From a virus, in the IMG/VR virus record IMGVR_UViG_3300020578_000043, positions 1 to 64,000 of that record: a DNA stretch of 64,000 nt. One strand, 5' to 3'. Every line of letters begins with the position of its first letter. Within the stretch, counting starts at the first letter, position 1. Shown in pieces: positions 30,520-40,800 of the stretch. A program made the position numbers and the translations under genes. Below the pieces are notes generated by a model, which worked only from the letters and a program-made list of their open reading frames with translations, was not told the DNA's origin and made no database searches.

Positions 30520-30548
30520 AGTATACAGTTGGTTGGATTTTGTTACAA
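30520..30548 (-). promoter_or_regulatory. sigma70-like promoter of the homing endonuclease
   Basis: TTGTAA-N17-TATACT directly after the capsid terminator. Confidence 0.6.
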
Positions 30549-30585
30549 ATAAAAAAGAAGAAAGGCCACCTTTCGGCGGCCTTTC
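30549..30585 (-). terminator. Terminator after the major capsid gene
   Basis: GAAAGGCCGCC-GAAA-GGTGGCCTTTC hairpin followed by TTCTTTTTT. Confidence 0.9.
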
Positions 30586-30611
30586 ATATCAAAGATGGTC
30601 GTTTCCGACTA

Positions 30612-32507
30612 TCAGATGATGTTCATGTCGAGACACGTCACTGTTCCGAAGAAATCGCTGCGAACCATTTTCTTACCGTAGCGAGTCATCACACCCTTAC
30701 GCGGTGTGAAATCTTCCGGTGCGAAGATGGTCGGAGTGACGATGAGCGGAACGTACGGGGCGTAGACGTAGCCGGTCTCGAGGTAGCTGCCGCCCTTGTA
30801 GCCGACGAGGATCTTGTTTCTGACGAAGTAAGGATCCTTGTAGACTGTGAAGCGGTTGCTGAGAGAGCCGATTGCCTCTGCTCCGATTGTGAACGGAGAC
30901 GCGACTTGACCTTCACCGTCGATGGAGAACTTCGGCTTGTAGAGCACCGAAGACTCGAGGACCGTGGCGACGTCCGGGCCGCAAACGAGGAAGTTTGCAG
31001 AGCCGCGGAGTGTCTTGCGGTGGATGGTGTTGGCGACGTCGATGATCGTCTCGACGAGGGTCTCGTACCACTCACGAACTGTACCTGTGAAGGCCGGTCC
31101 GATTGAGAGGGATGAGGCAAGTGTGACCGGTGAACCGGTTGTCTTGTTAACGAACCTGCCTGGAGCACGGCTCCAGTAGTAGTTCGCGCCGTTTGCTTGT
31201 GTGACGAGGTCATTGAGGATCTCGCGGTCGATCTCAAGAGCAATCTGCTCAGAGAGGATCGAGGTGAGCTCGACCTCTGCATCCATTGAGTGGTATGCAT
31301 TGAGGTCTTGTGCGAGTTCCGGTGACCAACGAGCACGTAGCTTGCGGGTCGCCGCGGTGATCGCGAGAGACTCGATCTTGATGTCGATCTCCGGGATTGC
31401 CGGGGACGGTGTTGCACCGAAATCGGACTCGAACGACGGTACCGTGAGGGTCGCACCGGTTCCACCTGAATCAGCGCCGAGGGCAACGACTGAATCAGCC
31501 TTGGCAAAAGTAACGCGACCTGCACCGGCTGTCAATCCCGCCGAGCTGAGACCGTTTGCGCCCTTGACGACGAACTGAACGTGTGTGCCGTTCAATGCAT
31601 CAGGAGTGAAGTATGGAGCAACTGAGTTGCTGAAGTTTCCACGCTTGTTGAGGCGACGAAGGTTAAGAACGCCGCTTCCTCCTTGATATGTTTGACCCCA
31701 TGCCGTTGCATTTCCTCCTAAGCCGCTGAACATTGCGATTTGATCAACTGCGAGAAGATCTGCACCAGACAAAGCACTCGTCGGAACGTAAACGAAGAGA
31801 GCATCGAGAGCGTTGTTTGTGAGATCAGTCTCAACTTGGCTGTCGTAGTCAGCAAAACGACCGTTCGAACCCGAGAACATGCCACCCGAAGAAACGATAA
31901 GACCTGATGTCCATGTATCTCCATTGGTTCCGCCGTAAGCACCAGAATGAACTGTTGCTGCAGAGAAGTCTAGAGCTTGGAGGGAACCGGTAACCTTGGA
32001 ATAACCTGTTCCGACGAGGTCGTACATACCACCAGCTGCAAGAGATCCGGATTGGACTCCACGACCTGTGGGGTTGTTGTAGATAGAGGTACCACGTGAG
32101 TAGGTTGCCTCAGATGACTGACCTGCGGCCTGACCGACGTTGGTTCCGTAGGTGTAATCAAGATAGAAGATGAGGCCAGAGGGGAGACTCATCGGTTGGA
32201 TCGAGACGAGCTCATTGGCGACGAGGCCACCGAACACGCGGCGGACGATTGGGAAGGCGATGTTGCTAAAGCCTTGGATCTGTCCACCGTTGGCAACGTT
32301 GCCGCCGCCTGTTGAGAGAGCTGAGCTCTCCTTCAGGACCTGGGCAGCTTGGTTCTCGAGAAGTTGTGACATCATCTCGCGGCGTTGACCGTCGAGACCA
32401 CGGAGGAGACCGGTGCGGCTCCACTTCTCTGTCAAACGAGCACGCTCAGCACCGACGTGGCGTTCACGGATGCCTTGTGCTAACTGATCAATCGTAAAAG
32501 TCTTCAT
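30612..32507 (-). CDS. Major capsid protein (T4 gp23-like, 631 aa)
   Basis: KW..TGLL.GL, LLENQ, FPIVRRVF..L.A.ELVSIQPM..PSGLIFYL, RKLRARWSPELAQDLNAYH, EIDREI, YAPYVPL, PRKGVMTRY; start moved to ATG 32507 because of the AGGAG RBS. Confidence 0.96.
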   Translation of the reverse strand: MKTFTIDQLAQGIRERHVGAERARLTEKWSRTGLLRGLDGQRREMMSQLLENQAAQVLKESSALSTGGGNVANGGQIQGFSNIAFPIVRRVFGGLVANELVSIQPMSLPSGLIFYLDYTYGTNVGQAAGQSSEATYSRGTSIYNNPTGRGVQSGSLAAGGMYDLVGTGYSKVTGSLQALDFSAATVHSGAYGGTNGDTWTSGLIVSSGGMFSGSNGRFADYDSQVETDLTNNALDALFVYVPTSALSGADLLAVDQIAMFSGLGGNATAWGQTYQGGSGVLNLRRLNKRGNFSNSVAPYFTPDALNGTHVQFVVKGANGLSSAGLTAGAGRVTFAKADSVVALGADSGGTGATLTVPSFESDFGATPSPAIPEIDIKIESLAITAATRKLRARWSPELAQDLNAYHSMDAEVELTSILSEQIALEIDREILNDLVTQANGANYYWSRAPGRFVNKTTGSPVTLASSLSIGPAFTGTVREWYETLVETIIDVANTIHRKTLRGSANFLVCGPDVATVLESSVLYKPKFSIDGEGQVASPFTIGAEAIGSLSNRFTVYKDPYFVRNKILVGYKGGSYLETGYVYAPYVPLIVTPTIFAPEDFTPRKGVMTRYGKKMVRSDFFGTVTCLDMNII

Positions 32508-32553
32508 TGTTTTTCTCCTGTTGCGTATCAAAAAGTTGTTAGAAAGTTGTTGC

Positions 32554-34503
32554 TCACTTGCTGATGCCAGCGAGCTTTGCCCAACGCTCTGCCTCAACTC
32601 CCTCTGACAAGGTCTGTGTTGAAGCGGGGCGAGTTGCCTGTGAAGATGATCCGAACACGCGACCCTCTGTCACAGTCCTACGAGGCTTCACCAATGTCTT
32701 GGAGAGGCTCTCGTAAACGAGCTTCGCTTCGCGAATCGTCTCAGCCGCATCGAGTTGCTCAATTACCTGTGCCTTTTGGCGAGCAGTGAGCGACTCTGTC
32801 TGAAGAAGCTTATTCGTGAAGAGGAGCTTCGCGTTGAGCAGATTCGTTTCTGCCAACTTCTTGCTTAGCGTGTTGTCTGTGCTAGCACCAGGTTTGACGC
32901 GGCTATTTGAGCGAGCGTTGACTCCCTCCTTGAGGGATTGTGAAAGGTTATTGAAGCGAACGACTGAGCGATTGTAACGTTCGGCTGCTTCAGCGTATGC
33001 AGCCTTTAATTGAGCCGCACGGGAAGCTGCTTGTCTTGCTTCAACCAAAGTTGTAGCATCTTTTGTGGCAGCATAAAGCTTCTTTAATTGAGAAGCACGA
33101 AGACGTAATGATTCTTGAAGCTTGAGCTCTTTAGCCATTTGTAGACGAACTGACTCATTGGCAGGTTGTCTTTTCTGGACATTCTTGTCCTTGGTATTGT
33201 GCTCGTCGTTGTCTTTTGCTTGACCCATAGAAACTATTTCGTCCACATCAACTTCTAATAAGTCGTCTTCATCGAGGCATTGTTTAGCTTCCATCTTCTT
33301 TTTAGGTGCTTTAGCAGCAGCGGCTGAAGTTCCTTCATCACCACCGGCCTTATCTGTCTCATCCGTCATAGTAAGCTCGTCGAGATAAGCTTCAACTTTT
33401 GCCATGGCATCAATTTCATCCATGCCATACATTTCCTCGTCCATACCGCATGATGCTTCGGTAAGATCCATGTCTAAAGGTTCACCTTCTTCTTCGGCGC
33501 CGCCGAAGTCATCGAACTCTTCAGGACCAGGACGTTCGCCTACTTCAAGTGCGCCTGATTCTGATTCGTCAGCTTCACGAAGAAGCTTCATGAAAGCGAT
33601 TTCACGACGAAGCATGTTTTCATCGATTTCAACGACGGCATCGTCATCAAGGCCCAGTACTTCAAGAAGACCTTCTTCTTTTTCTGGTTCACCTTCTTCA
33701 CCTGGAACTGCTCCAGCTTTAGAGGCTTCTTCTTCGCCTTCTTCGCCTTCATCAGGTTCTTCGCCTTCAGCGCCTTCTTCTTCTTCGCCCTCACCATCGA
33801 GGACGAGATCTACTGATGCATCATCAAGAACTTCTCCTAGGTCAACACCAGGAAGATCCAGTTCGATGGTAACCTTATCTTCATTTAGTCTTCTTTTCAT
33901 TGTTGTCTCCTGAAGCTTTTCTAGCTTTTCTAAACATTTTCTAACTTTCAAACCGTATCCTAACCTGGTGGTAGGATCATCAATCTTCTTGTCTATGAAC
34001 TCATAGATCACGTCGATCATGTCTCCCAAGTGAGACACATTAGAATCAAACTCTGCTGATTCAGTGATTCGTGAGTCCACCTTCGCCAACGCCTCAACCA
34101 TTTTTTCGACGTAGCGTAGCTTTTGTTCCATTTGGCCGGTGGATGACGGCATCTTGGCAGAGACGAGGTTTTTTACGGAAGCATCGAAAGACTCAACCTT
34201 CGCTGAAGGTGCTAGTTGAGCAAGGTCGACGACTAGTTTTTTTGTTGTACGTCTTTTAACTTCTTCGACGTCTTTACCATTGGGTTCAACTATAAGTTTT
34301 TCGCCTTTATCACCACAGCGATTGACGACTTCTTCTTCTTCCACTTCAAGATCTTCGACCGCTTCTGCCAAAAGTTCTTTTTCAATCAGCTCCCGAATGC
34401 GAGGAGCGACCGCCTCGACGACAGCACGTTTCGCATTGTCTTCGGCGATTTCCTTGACCTTCTTCAAATCCGCAATTGCTTCTTCATAGAGCTGCTTTGA
34501 CAT
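32554..34503 (-). CDS. Prohead core scaffold protein (gp22-like)
   Basis: Highly acidic coiled-coil directly upstream of the capsid gene; LAETNLLNAKLLFTNKL, RWAKLAGI C-terminus; many L-x-E sites. Confidence 0.8.
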   Translation of the reverse strand: MSKQLYEEAIADLKKVKEIAEDNAKRAVVEAVAPRIRELIEKELLAEAVEDLEVEEEEVVNRCGDKGEKLIVEPNGKDVEEVKRRTTKKLVVDLAQLAPSAKVESFDASVKNLVSAKMPSSTGQMEQKLRYVEKMVEALAKVDSRITESAEFDSNVSHLGDMIDVIYEFIDKKIDDPTTRLGYGLKVRKCLEKLEKLQETTMKRRLNEDKVTIELDLPGVDLGEVLDDASVDLVLDGEGEEEEGAEGEEPDEGEEGEEEASKAGAVPGEEGEPEKEEGLLEVLGLDDDAVVEIDENMLRREIAFMKLLREADESESGALEVGERPGPEEFDDFGGAEEEGEPLDMDLTEASCGMDEEMYGMDEIDAMAKVEAYLDELTMTDETDKAGGDEGTSAAAAKAPKKKMEAKQCLDEDDLLEVDVDEIVSMGQAKDNDEHNTKDKNVQKRQPANESVRLQMAKELKLQESLRLRASQLKKLYAATKDATTLVEARQAASRAAQLKAAYAEAAERYNRSVVRFNNLSQSLKEGVNARSNSRVKPGASTDNTLSKKLAETNLLNAKLLFTNKLLQTESLTARQKAQVIEQLDAAETIREAKLVYESLSKTLVKPRRTVTEGRVFGSSSQATRPASTQTLSEGVEAERWAKLAGISK

Positions 34504-34526
34504 GATCTTTTATTACTCCGTATAAA

Positions 34527-35024
34527 TCAACCGCCGCTGGAATCAGATGATCCCATCTTTCCTTGGACGCCCAAGACCTGTGCGGCAACTTTCTTAGCAT
34601 ATGCAGCAGGTGACTTGGTGCCTGTGTTCGGGCCGCCAGGAACGTACGACGGCTTGATGTCGCTTGCGGCAATCTTTGGATCTGAATTCTTGTCAACACC
34701 CTCTGTCTTGCCCGGCCCAGGAGACGATTGATCGGGAGAAAAAGAGTTTGCAGGATCACCGGCTTGCTTCCAAGCGCCTTCAGCTCCAGCCAAAATGTCA
34801 GGAGCATCTGCAAAGTCCAGGTTCACTCCGTTACCGAAATAAGAATCTCCAACTTGAGATGCCGGCTTTAGGCTTGTGTTACCTGAACTTACGACCGCCG
34901 TACGATAACCTACTTCATTACCAACGAAGGCGCTGGTCGGACCTGCTGGGAACAGTTTACTCAATAAAATGTTCTTTGCATTGCTTTCAGGAGCATAAAT
35001 TGTGTATTTTCCTTGACCAGACAT
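34527..35024 (-). CDS. Hypothetical head-module protein (165 aa)
   Basis: Gly/Pro/Ala-rich ORF with GGAGG RBS. Confidence 0.7.
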   Translation of the reverse strand: MSGQGKYTIYAPESNAKNILLSKLFPAGPTSAFVGNEVGYRTAVVSSGNTSLKPASQVGDSYFGNGVNLDFADAPDILAGAEGAWKQAGDPANSFSPDQSSPGPGKTEGVDKNSDPKIAASDIKPSYVPGGPNTGTKSPAAYAKKVAAQVLGVQGKMGSSDSSGG

Positions 35025-35066
35025 ATCATCCTCCGCTTCTACGAATGAATCTCATACAGCACAGAT

Positions 35067-35417
35067 TCACTTTCCGTGTTTTGCTGCCGCCTTCTTGTCT
35101 GCCATCTTCTTTGCAGCAGCCTTCTTGTTTGCCATCTCCTTGTCTGCCATCTTCTTTGCGGCAGCCTTCTTTGCGGCACTCTTCTTGGCCTCATGGATCT
35201 GTGCAAGACGATGGATCAGGCGAGTCTCCTCGAGGCCTAGGGCCTTGTAGTGATCGATGGGATTTTCAAGAGCATTGTCGGTTCCGAACTCATCAGCATC
35301 GAGCTCGTCGGCATCGACGTCTTCGGGCTGTCTCATGTCGCCGAACAGCTTGGACTCATTGAATCTTGAAAGTTCTTCTGCAATGATCTTCTTTAAAACG
35401 GTCGTTGTTAGTTTCAT
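35067..35417 (-). CDS. Putative internal head protein with histone-H1-like KKAAAKK tail
   Basis: MKLTTTVLKKIIAEE leader, acidic middle, Lys/Ala repeats. Confidence 0.7.
   Translation of the reverse strand: MKLTTTVLKKIIAEELSRFNESKLFGDMRQPEDVDADELDADEFGTDNALENPIDHYKALGLEETRLIHRLAQIHEAKKSAAKKAAAKKMADKEMANKKAAAKKMADKKAAAKHGK
35080..35180 (-). repeat. Imperfect coding repeats (KKAAAKKMADK)
   Basis: GCCATCTTCTTTGC(A/G)GCAGCCTTCTT occurs twice on the + strand, with partial copies nearby. Confidence 0.7.
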
Positions 35418-35472
35418 AATGGCAAACCTCGTGCAAATATATATTGTTTAATTATTATAGCTTAGAAAAAAA

Positions 35473-35904
35473 TTAAAATTTCTTTGGCGTTTCCATGAAA
35501 GCGAGTTGAGCCCACTTCGAAGAAGCATCATCGCCAAACAGATCTTCAGGCGCTGTTGCCGCAACAATGCTTTCTATCGAGCCTGCAGGTGGAGGAGGCT
35601 GCTGTCTCGTGTTCTCGTTCATCATTGACGGTAACGTGTTCATCGCTGTGTCGGCAAGGATGGACGCCATCACGGGATTTCCTTTAGACTCCCTTTTTAT
35701 CGTCTCGGCCATCGTTTGTCCGTATTTCACGTGATCTCCTCGGCGAGGAGTATGAGATTGCTGTTTGATCTGAGGAACCTGCTTCCTGGATCTCATTGCA
35801 GCCTCTTGAAGCGGTGTTGCTGATGAAGACCCTATTCCCTCAGAGAGGATCTCTACAAGGCATTCTTTTACAACGTTTTTTAATTGTTGCTTTGTAATTC
35901 CCAT
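35473..35904 (-). CDS. Hypothetical prohead-associated protein
   Basis: Start reassigned to MGITKQQLKNVVKECLVEILSE, just after the upstream stop. Confidence 0.7.
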   Translation of the reverse strand: MGITKQQLKNVVKECLVEILSEGIGSSSATPLQEAAMRSRKQVPQIKQQSHTPRRGDHVKYGQTMAETIKRESKGNPVMASILADTAMNTLPSMMNENTRQQPPPPAGSIESIVAATAPEDLFGDDASSKWAQLAFMETPKKF

Positions 35905-35905
35905 A

Positions 35906-36310
35906 TCAACCAATACCTTCCCAAAAGGTATCTCCATTTAAAGATCCAGTTAAAACCGGCATCATCGAAGCATCTATTCCTACTAATTCTGCAAATATGC
36001 TAACAGGATGAGATTGGCTAGAGTCAGAACGCAAAAACAAATCTTTTATTCTACAATCAAATTCAAATTGTTCTCCGCCGTCTATTTTAAAATAGTTTGC
36101 ATTTTCTACACCATTTTTTGTAAAACCCACACGGACGTGGTCGTTGCTTCCAGTGTAGTGATTCCATACAAAAACGCTTTTAGTAATTTTTTTGAAGCTG
36201 TATTGATATGTAACACCTGGTAAAATTACTGATGATGTAACCCACGGCAGTCCGGATCCCATGAACTCTGTGACGGAGTTAAACCCACTTCTTGGATCAT
36301 TCATTCCCAT
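35906..36310 (-). CDS. Hypothetical head-module protein (134 aa)
   Basis: Tightly packed after the protease gene; beta-rich. Confidence 0.7.
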   Translation of the reverse strand: MGMNDPRSGFNSVTEFMGSGLPWVTSSVILPGVTYQYSFKKITKSVFVWNHYTGSNDHVRVGFTKNGVENANYFKIDGGEQFEFDCRIKDLFLRSDSSQSHPVSIFAELVGIDASMMPVLTGSLNGDTFWEGIG

Positions 36311-36313
36311 GGT

Positions 36314-36925
36314 TCATTTACCTTTCGACGACAATATGTCGTTTATGATTCTATCAATTCTATCTGATTTTGTGAACAGTTTTTGTAATTCTTCTGGATT
36401 TATTTGACGACCTTCAGCCATCATAAAAGCTCCGGGTGTCGAAGGTTCTGAGACAAAGTCCCAGCATATCAGCTGAAAATCATCCTGCACTATCTGATAA
36501 TCACCTTGCTTCTTGGTCGTTCCGACTCCACGAGAAGAGATGCCAAGCTTCACGCCTGACTCAACTAGAGACTGAAGGATCTTTCCAGAAGGTGTGTCAA
36601 GTATCTCAACAGTTCCATAGACGACGTCACCATCAACATGAGCCTCACGAACGATGTGAGACACGTTCTTCAAGTTAACGACAGAGGAATCAGGATGATC
36701 CAACTCGCCTAGGGCCCTATTCTCAATAATGAACTTTTGATAATTTCTAACTTCACGTTCAAGAACGTTACGAGGATAGATTCTTCCATTCTGATTCAAG
36801 GTGTCTGATTTTTGCAAGACACCTTTCATCATGATCTTTCCGTTGTTGGTCTCGCGCATCTCCTTGATCATGTCAGGAGTGTAATCAAAAACTTGGTAGG
36901 AATTTAACAATCTTAAATCAGACAT
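36314..36925 (-). CDS. Prohead core protease (T4 gp21-like)
   Basis: NQNGRIYP, ALGELDHP, NVSH, TPSGKIL, GISSRGVG, DFVSEPSTPGA; start set at ATG 36925 (GGAGGAG RBS). Confidence 0.93.
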   Translation of the reverse strand: MSDLRLLNSYQVFDYTPDMIKEMRETNNGKIMMKGVLQKSDTLNQNGRIYPRNVLEREVRNYQKFIIENRALGELDHPDSSVVNLKNVSHIVREAHVDGDVVYGTVEILDTPSGKILQSLVESGVKLGISSRGVGTTKKQGDYQIVQDDFQLICWDFVSEPSTPGAFMMAEGRQINPEELQKLFTKSDRIDRIINDILSSKGK

Positions 36926-37778
36926 TTTCTCCTCCTGACAGCTCATCAATCAATTTTATGTACAACATATATTCAGCGACGGTGTTATCATCGGGAGCAG
37001 ATACTTCATTTAAAAGTTGTTCCTTGACTTCCGTCAGTTTGTTAGATAGGTATTTTTCTTTGTTGTCGTTGTCATCAACATACTTGTCAATTGCGGTCAA
37101 CAGATTCTCTCTAATCTCTTTTAGTTTTAGAAGGACGGTCTTGTTATCATCACCATTTGCGGCAGAAAATGCATATGCTTTGATCAATGACTTCTGTTCA
37201 GCCGTCAATGTGCCGTCATACTTTTCGCTGAGCTTGTTCATCATGATCTTCATCAACAACCTGCTTGAACCCGCTGACGACTCAGCGACAATCTGTTCAT
37301 TTGGTTCTTGCTTCGCAAAAGTAAGCCACTTGACGACCTGATCTTCATACTCAGCCAACCTGGAAAGATCAGGAGAAGAGGATCTCCAATCGTTGATCAA
37401 GTTTTGCACAGTGGCAAACGTCCTGTACTCTCTTATGTGTTGATCATAAAAATGATCATCATTCAATTGATGATTGATTGATCTTATTAAGAGAGATTTT
37501 TCCCTATCTAATTCTGCGGTATCGTGCGTCCGGGCAGCAGCCTTTGCTTCACCTAAGATTGATGCAGCAACTGCATCAGAACTGACCGTGGTCTTCATGA
37601 TTGAATTAATCAATCTAAATTCCTTATACAGTTCAGATCCAGGTCTAAAGTGCGCTTTGACGATCTTCAGCGCCTTGGACGATTTCTTCTTATCATCGTC
37701 AACAAGAGCCTGTGATATCGTACGAACCAAGAACTCGTATAACAATCCTGTGTTTCTTTTCTTATTGTGAGCCGACAT
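36918..37778 (-). CDS. Hypothetical protein between portal and protease
   Basis: HNKKRNTGLLYEFL N-terminus; helical, 286 aa. Confidence 0.75.
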   Translation of the reverse strand: MSAHNKKRNTGLLYEFLVRTISQALVDDDKKKSSKALKIVKAHFRPGSELYKEFRLINSIMKTTVSSDAVAASILGEAKAAARTHDTAELDREKSLLIRSINHQLNDDHFYDQHIREYRTFATVQNLINDWRSSSPDLSRLAEYEDQVVKWLTFAKQEPNEQIVAESSAGSSRLLMKIMMNKLSEKYDGTLTAEQKSLIKAYAFSAANGDDNKTVLLKLKEIRENLLTAIDKYVDDNDNKEKYLSNKLTEVKEQLLNEVSAPDDNTVAEYMLYIKLIDELSGGENV

Positions 37779-37868
37779 TTAGGTCAGATCCTTTCAAAAA
37801 CCAATCTAAATAATCCGGTGATTAACAACGGATAGCAAATATGGCATAAATATCGAGAATTTTCTATT

Positions 37869-40800
37869 TTATTCCTCGACATTCAGGTCAATTTCTTCTT
37901 GAGCCTCAGTCAACAGACCATCTGTCTTTTGTTGAGTTTTGCTCATGCCGAGAGACGTAGACATTTTCTTCAATGTAGACACCATATTGGGAGACAACGC
38001 TGGAGCAGGCAAATGTGATGAACCTCTAGACGTTGACTCTGAGAAAGGATCATTTAAGCTCTTAAAGAACGACTTATCATGAGGGTCTTTTAATGATACG
38101 TTCTTTGAGCTCAACATGCTTCCAAAGTCAGGCATGTGTAGAGTTCGACGTTTGCGTTTCCTGTTATACATGTACCTCTTTGCATATGCTCCAGGTTTGA
38201 CAGGAAGACCATCCTTTTCGTCAAGTTGGGGGAGCGTCTCATCCTCATCTATGTCACCTGACATCAGAAGTTGAGCATCATCATCAGCATCATCTGCAAT
38301 GTCATCAGATGCAAATAAGCTCTCACCTTCTCCGCCTTCTTTTCCTCCTTCTTCACCTTCAGGAGGCTTCTCTTCTGCTTGTGCTTCTTCTGCTCCTCCT
38401 GTCGCTGCAGGCATGGCAGCCTCTCCGGCGGCTGGTGTACCTGCAGCTTGAGCTCCTTCAATCGCGAGATCCATGGACTTTTCTTCGTACCTTTGCTCGT
38501 TGATCTCCTCGACTTGGTCATCATTCAAGCCCCAGATCTCCTTCTGAACGAAGGTTCTGCTGCCCATTCCTTCAGGAAGAGCTCCTGCGATCTCAAACTT
38601 GGCCTTCCAAAGTTCCAGCTTCTGTGATTGAGCGATCGTAGACGGATTAGAGAGTCGCAGAGTAAAGTTTTGAAGTTCTTCTCCGTCGTATCCATTTGAG
38701 TATAGATGAATTATCGCAAGCTTATTAAGCTCAGATATCAACGTCTTTTGAATGACGCTGATCGTTCTAGAGAACCTGATGTCTTCTTGCGCTAGAGTCG
38801 CCTTGGAAGACAACATTTCATCATATCCTAGGTAAGCTCGTGGCACCTTTAACGCAGCAAACAACTTTTTCTGCATGTACTGCACGTCTTCTACTGAGGC
38901 TGCATTCTGTCCACCTGACAGAGTGTCGATCTTAGTTCCAGATTCTCCGCCTCTGACTGCGATGAAGTAATCGTCCTCAACGCTCAATGGAGAATACCTT
39001 AGATCGACTCTGCCTGTGTTGCGATCGATGACTTGATTCGTGCGAAGATTCTTACGTTGTTCCTCGACGTACATCGGTACGTTTTCAGGAGGAATGTTTG
39101 CAACATCGATGTAAAACACACGGCGTTCGGGCGCGCGGACGAGGCGATACACCAACATCGCATCTTCCAAAAGAATCAATTGTCTCCATATACGGCGAGC
39201 AGGTTCTATCAGAGAAGAACCGTATGGCAAGAACATATCATTTCCTAAGAGACGAAAGTGCGTTACCTCCCAATTCTCTAAAGTTCTATTTCCTAACGTG
39301 GACCACCGATATCGAACTGCAAACGGATCTTCTCTATCGTAGTTCTCTTCGCGCTCGATCTCATTGACTGGTATTGGAAACGCATGAACTACGCCTTGTG
39401 TGGGAGAAACATCGTTATATAAAAAGAAATCACCATACTTGACGAGGTTTCTTGCCCACGACCTAAGGTTAAATTCTACGTTAAGGATGTTGTAGAACAA
39501 ATCTTCAAGTATGTCTCTTGTCTTTTCATCATCTGAATAAATGTGAAGAATTCGACCTTTATCATCCTGAGCAACAGTTTCATCAGCATAAATGTCCATT
39601 GCAGCTGCAATTTCGGCAGTGTTATGGGATATCACTGAATCTGTTGCAAAATTTTTATAACCGTCAACTGTCAGGTCGTACAAGGGAATGATTTCACCCG
39701 GCTCTATGGAAACAACCTTCATGTTTTCATAAGAACTTGAAAAATCAGTATAGTTTTTGTATCCAGCTTGCTTTATTCTCTTGTCTAAGATCGTCGCTGT
39801 GGTAGAAACTTCTTCTGCTAACTTCGCCTTTGACATGCCTTTAGAGAATTTTGAGCATATCAAATCAAAAGTTACCCCGTGCTCATAACGAGGATTTTTT
39901 TCACCTCTGTTATCCCAAGCATGGTTTCTCCAATCTGGATTATAGGCCTTTGCAAACGTCTCAAAGTTTTGATAACCATGCCTGCGCAATCTTCTTTTAA
40001 TTACGTTAGGATCTGTACCAAAAACTTCACACACCCTGTAAAGATTAAAGTCGACACTTTCACTTATTTCAAGTATCCTACCGAAAGTTATGTCTCTTCT
40101 TTCAGCAGGATTGTTCTCAGTCATAAACCTTGAATGATTGACCTTAAACTGCTCAATCCACCCTGAATTTTGCTCTGACCATTTCACTCCGTTGATAATC
40201 TTTGAGTGAAGATTTCGATGCTCTAGATCAGTCATAACCCGAAGGTTCTCTAATCGATTATCATTTTTTTTGAAGTTGACGTGGTGCACTACTTCATTTT
40301 CTTCAAGCGAGGATCCTTTTAGCATTTCACCGAGTATTCGGTGTTCTGCAACCCATCCGTTCATCTTGGATCTACGGTCCATTGAATAGATCCAACGATA
40401 TCCTTCACCTTCTTCTTTACACCCATTGAACAAGTCCCTTCTGTAAAAGGGCATCATTGCGTCGCCGGGTTTGAGGTTTTCAATCATGCAATAAATGCCG
40501 TCTCGTTTCATGAGACGATGATTCGAAGATCCGGTGATTTTTTGACCGTTATCAAAAGTAACAACGTATGATTGATCAACCGTCGTTTGCCTAGCCTGCT
40601 TTGCCAGTGCTGGAACTATTCTTCCTAAATTATGATCATAAGAATAGACCACAAATTTATAGTCAGGGTTCTTAGAACATTCTTCTGAAAGTTCTTTAAT
40701 CGTTCTATAGCCTCCAGGAACGGCTATTAACGTATCTCCGTGTAGGCAGTATTCCATTTCCTGGAAATCTTGATACCTCATCAAACGTTCTGAGAGGTTG

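Noticed and set aside
30689-31525. 278-aa alternative-frame ORF inside the capsid gene (also 11413..11919, 13614..14108, 34484..34813)
   Set aside because: Ser/Arg-rich off-frame products expected from GC3-rich coding sequence.
32508-32597. ORF-track start of the capsid gene (also the extended starts at 36949 and 35937)
   Set aside because: These overlap upstream genes; the downstream ATGs fit better (RBS at 32507 and 36925; 35904 lies just after the upstream stop).
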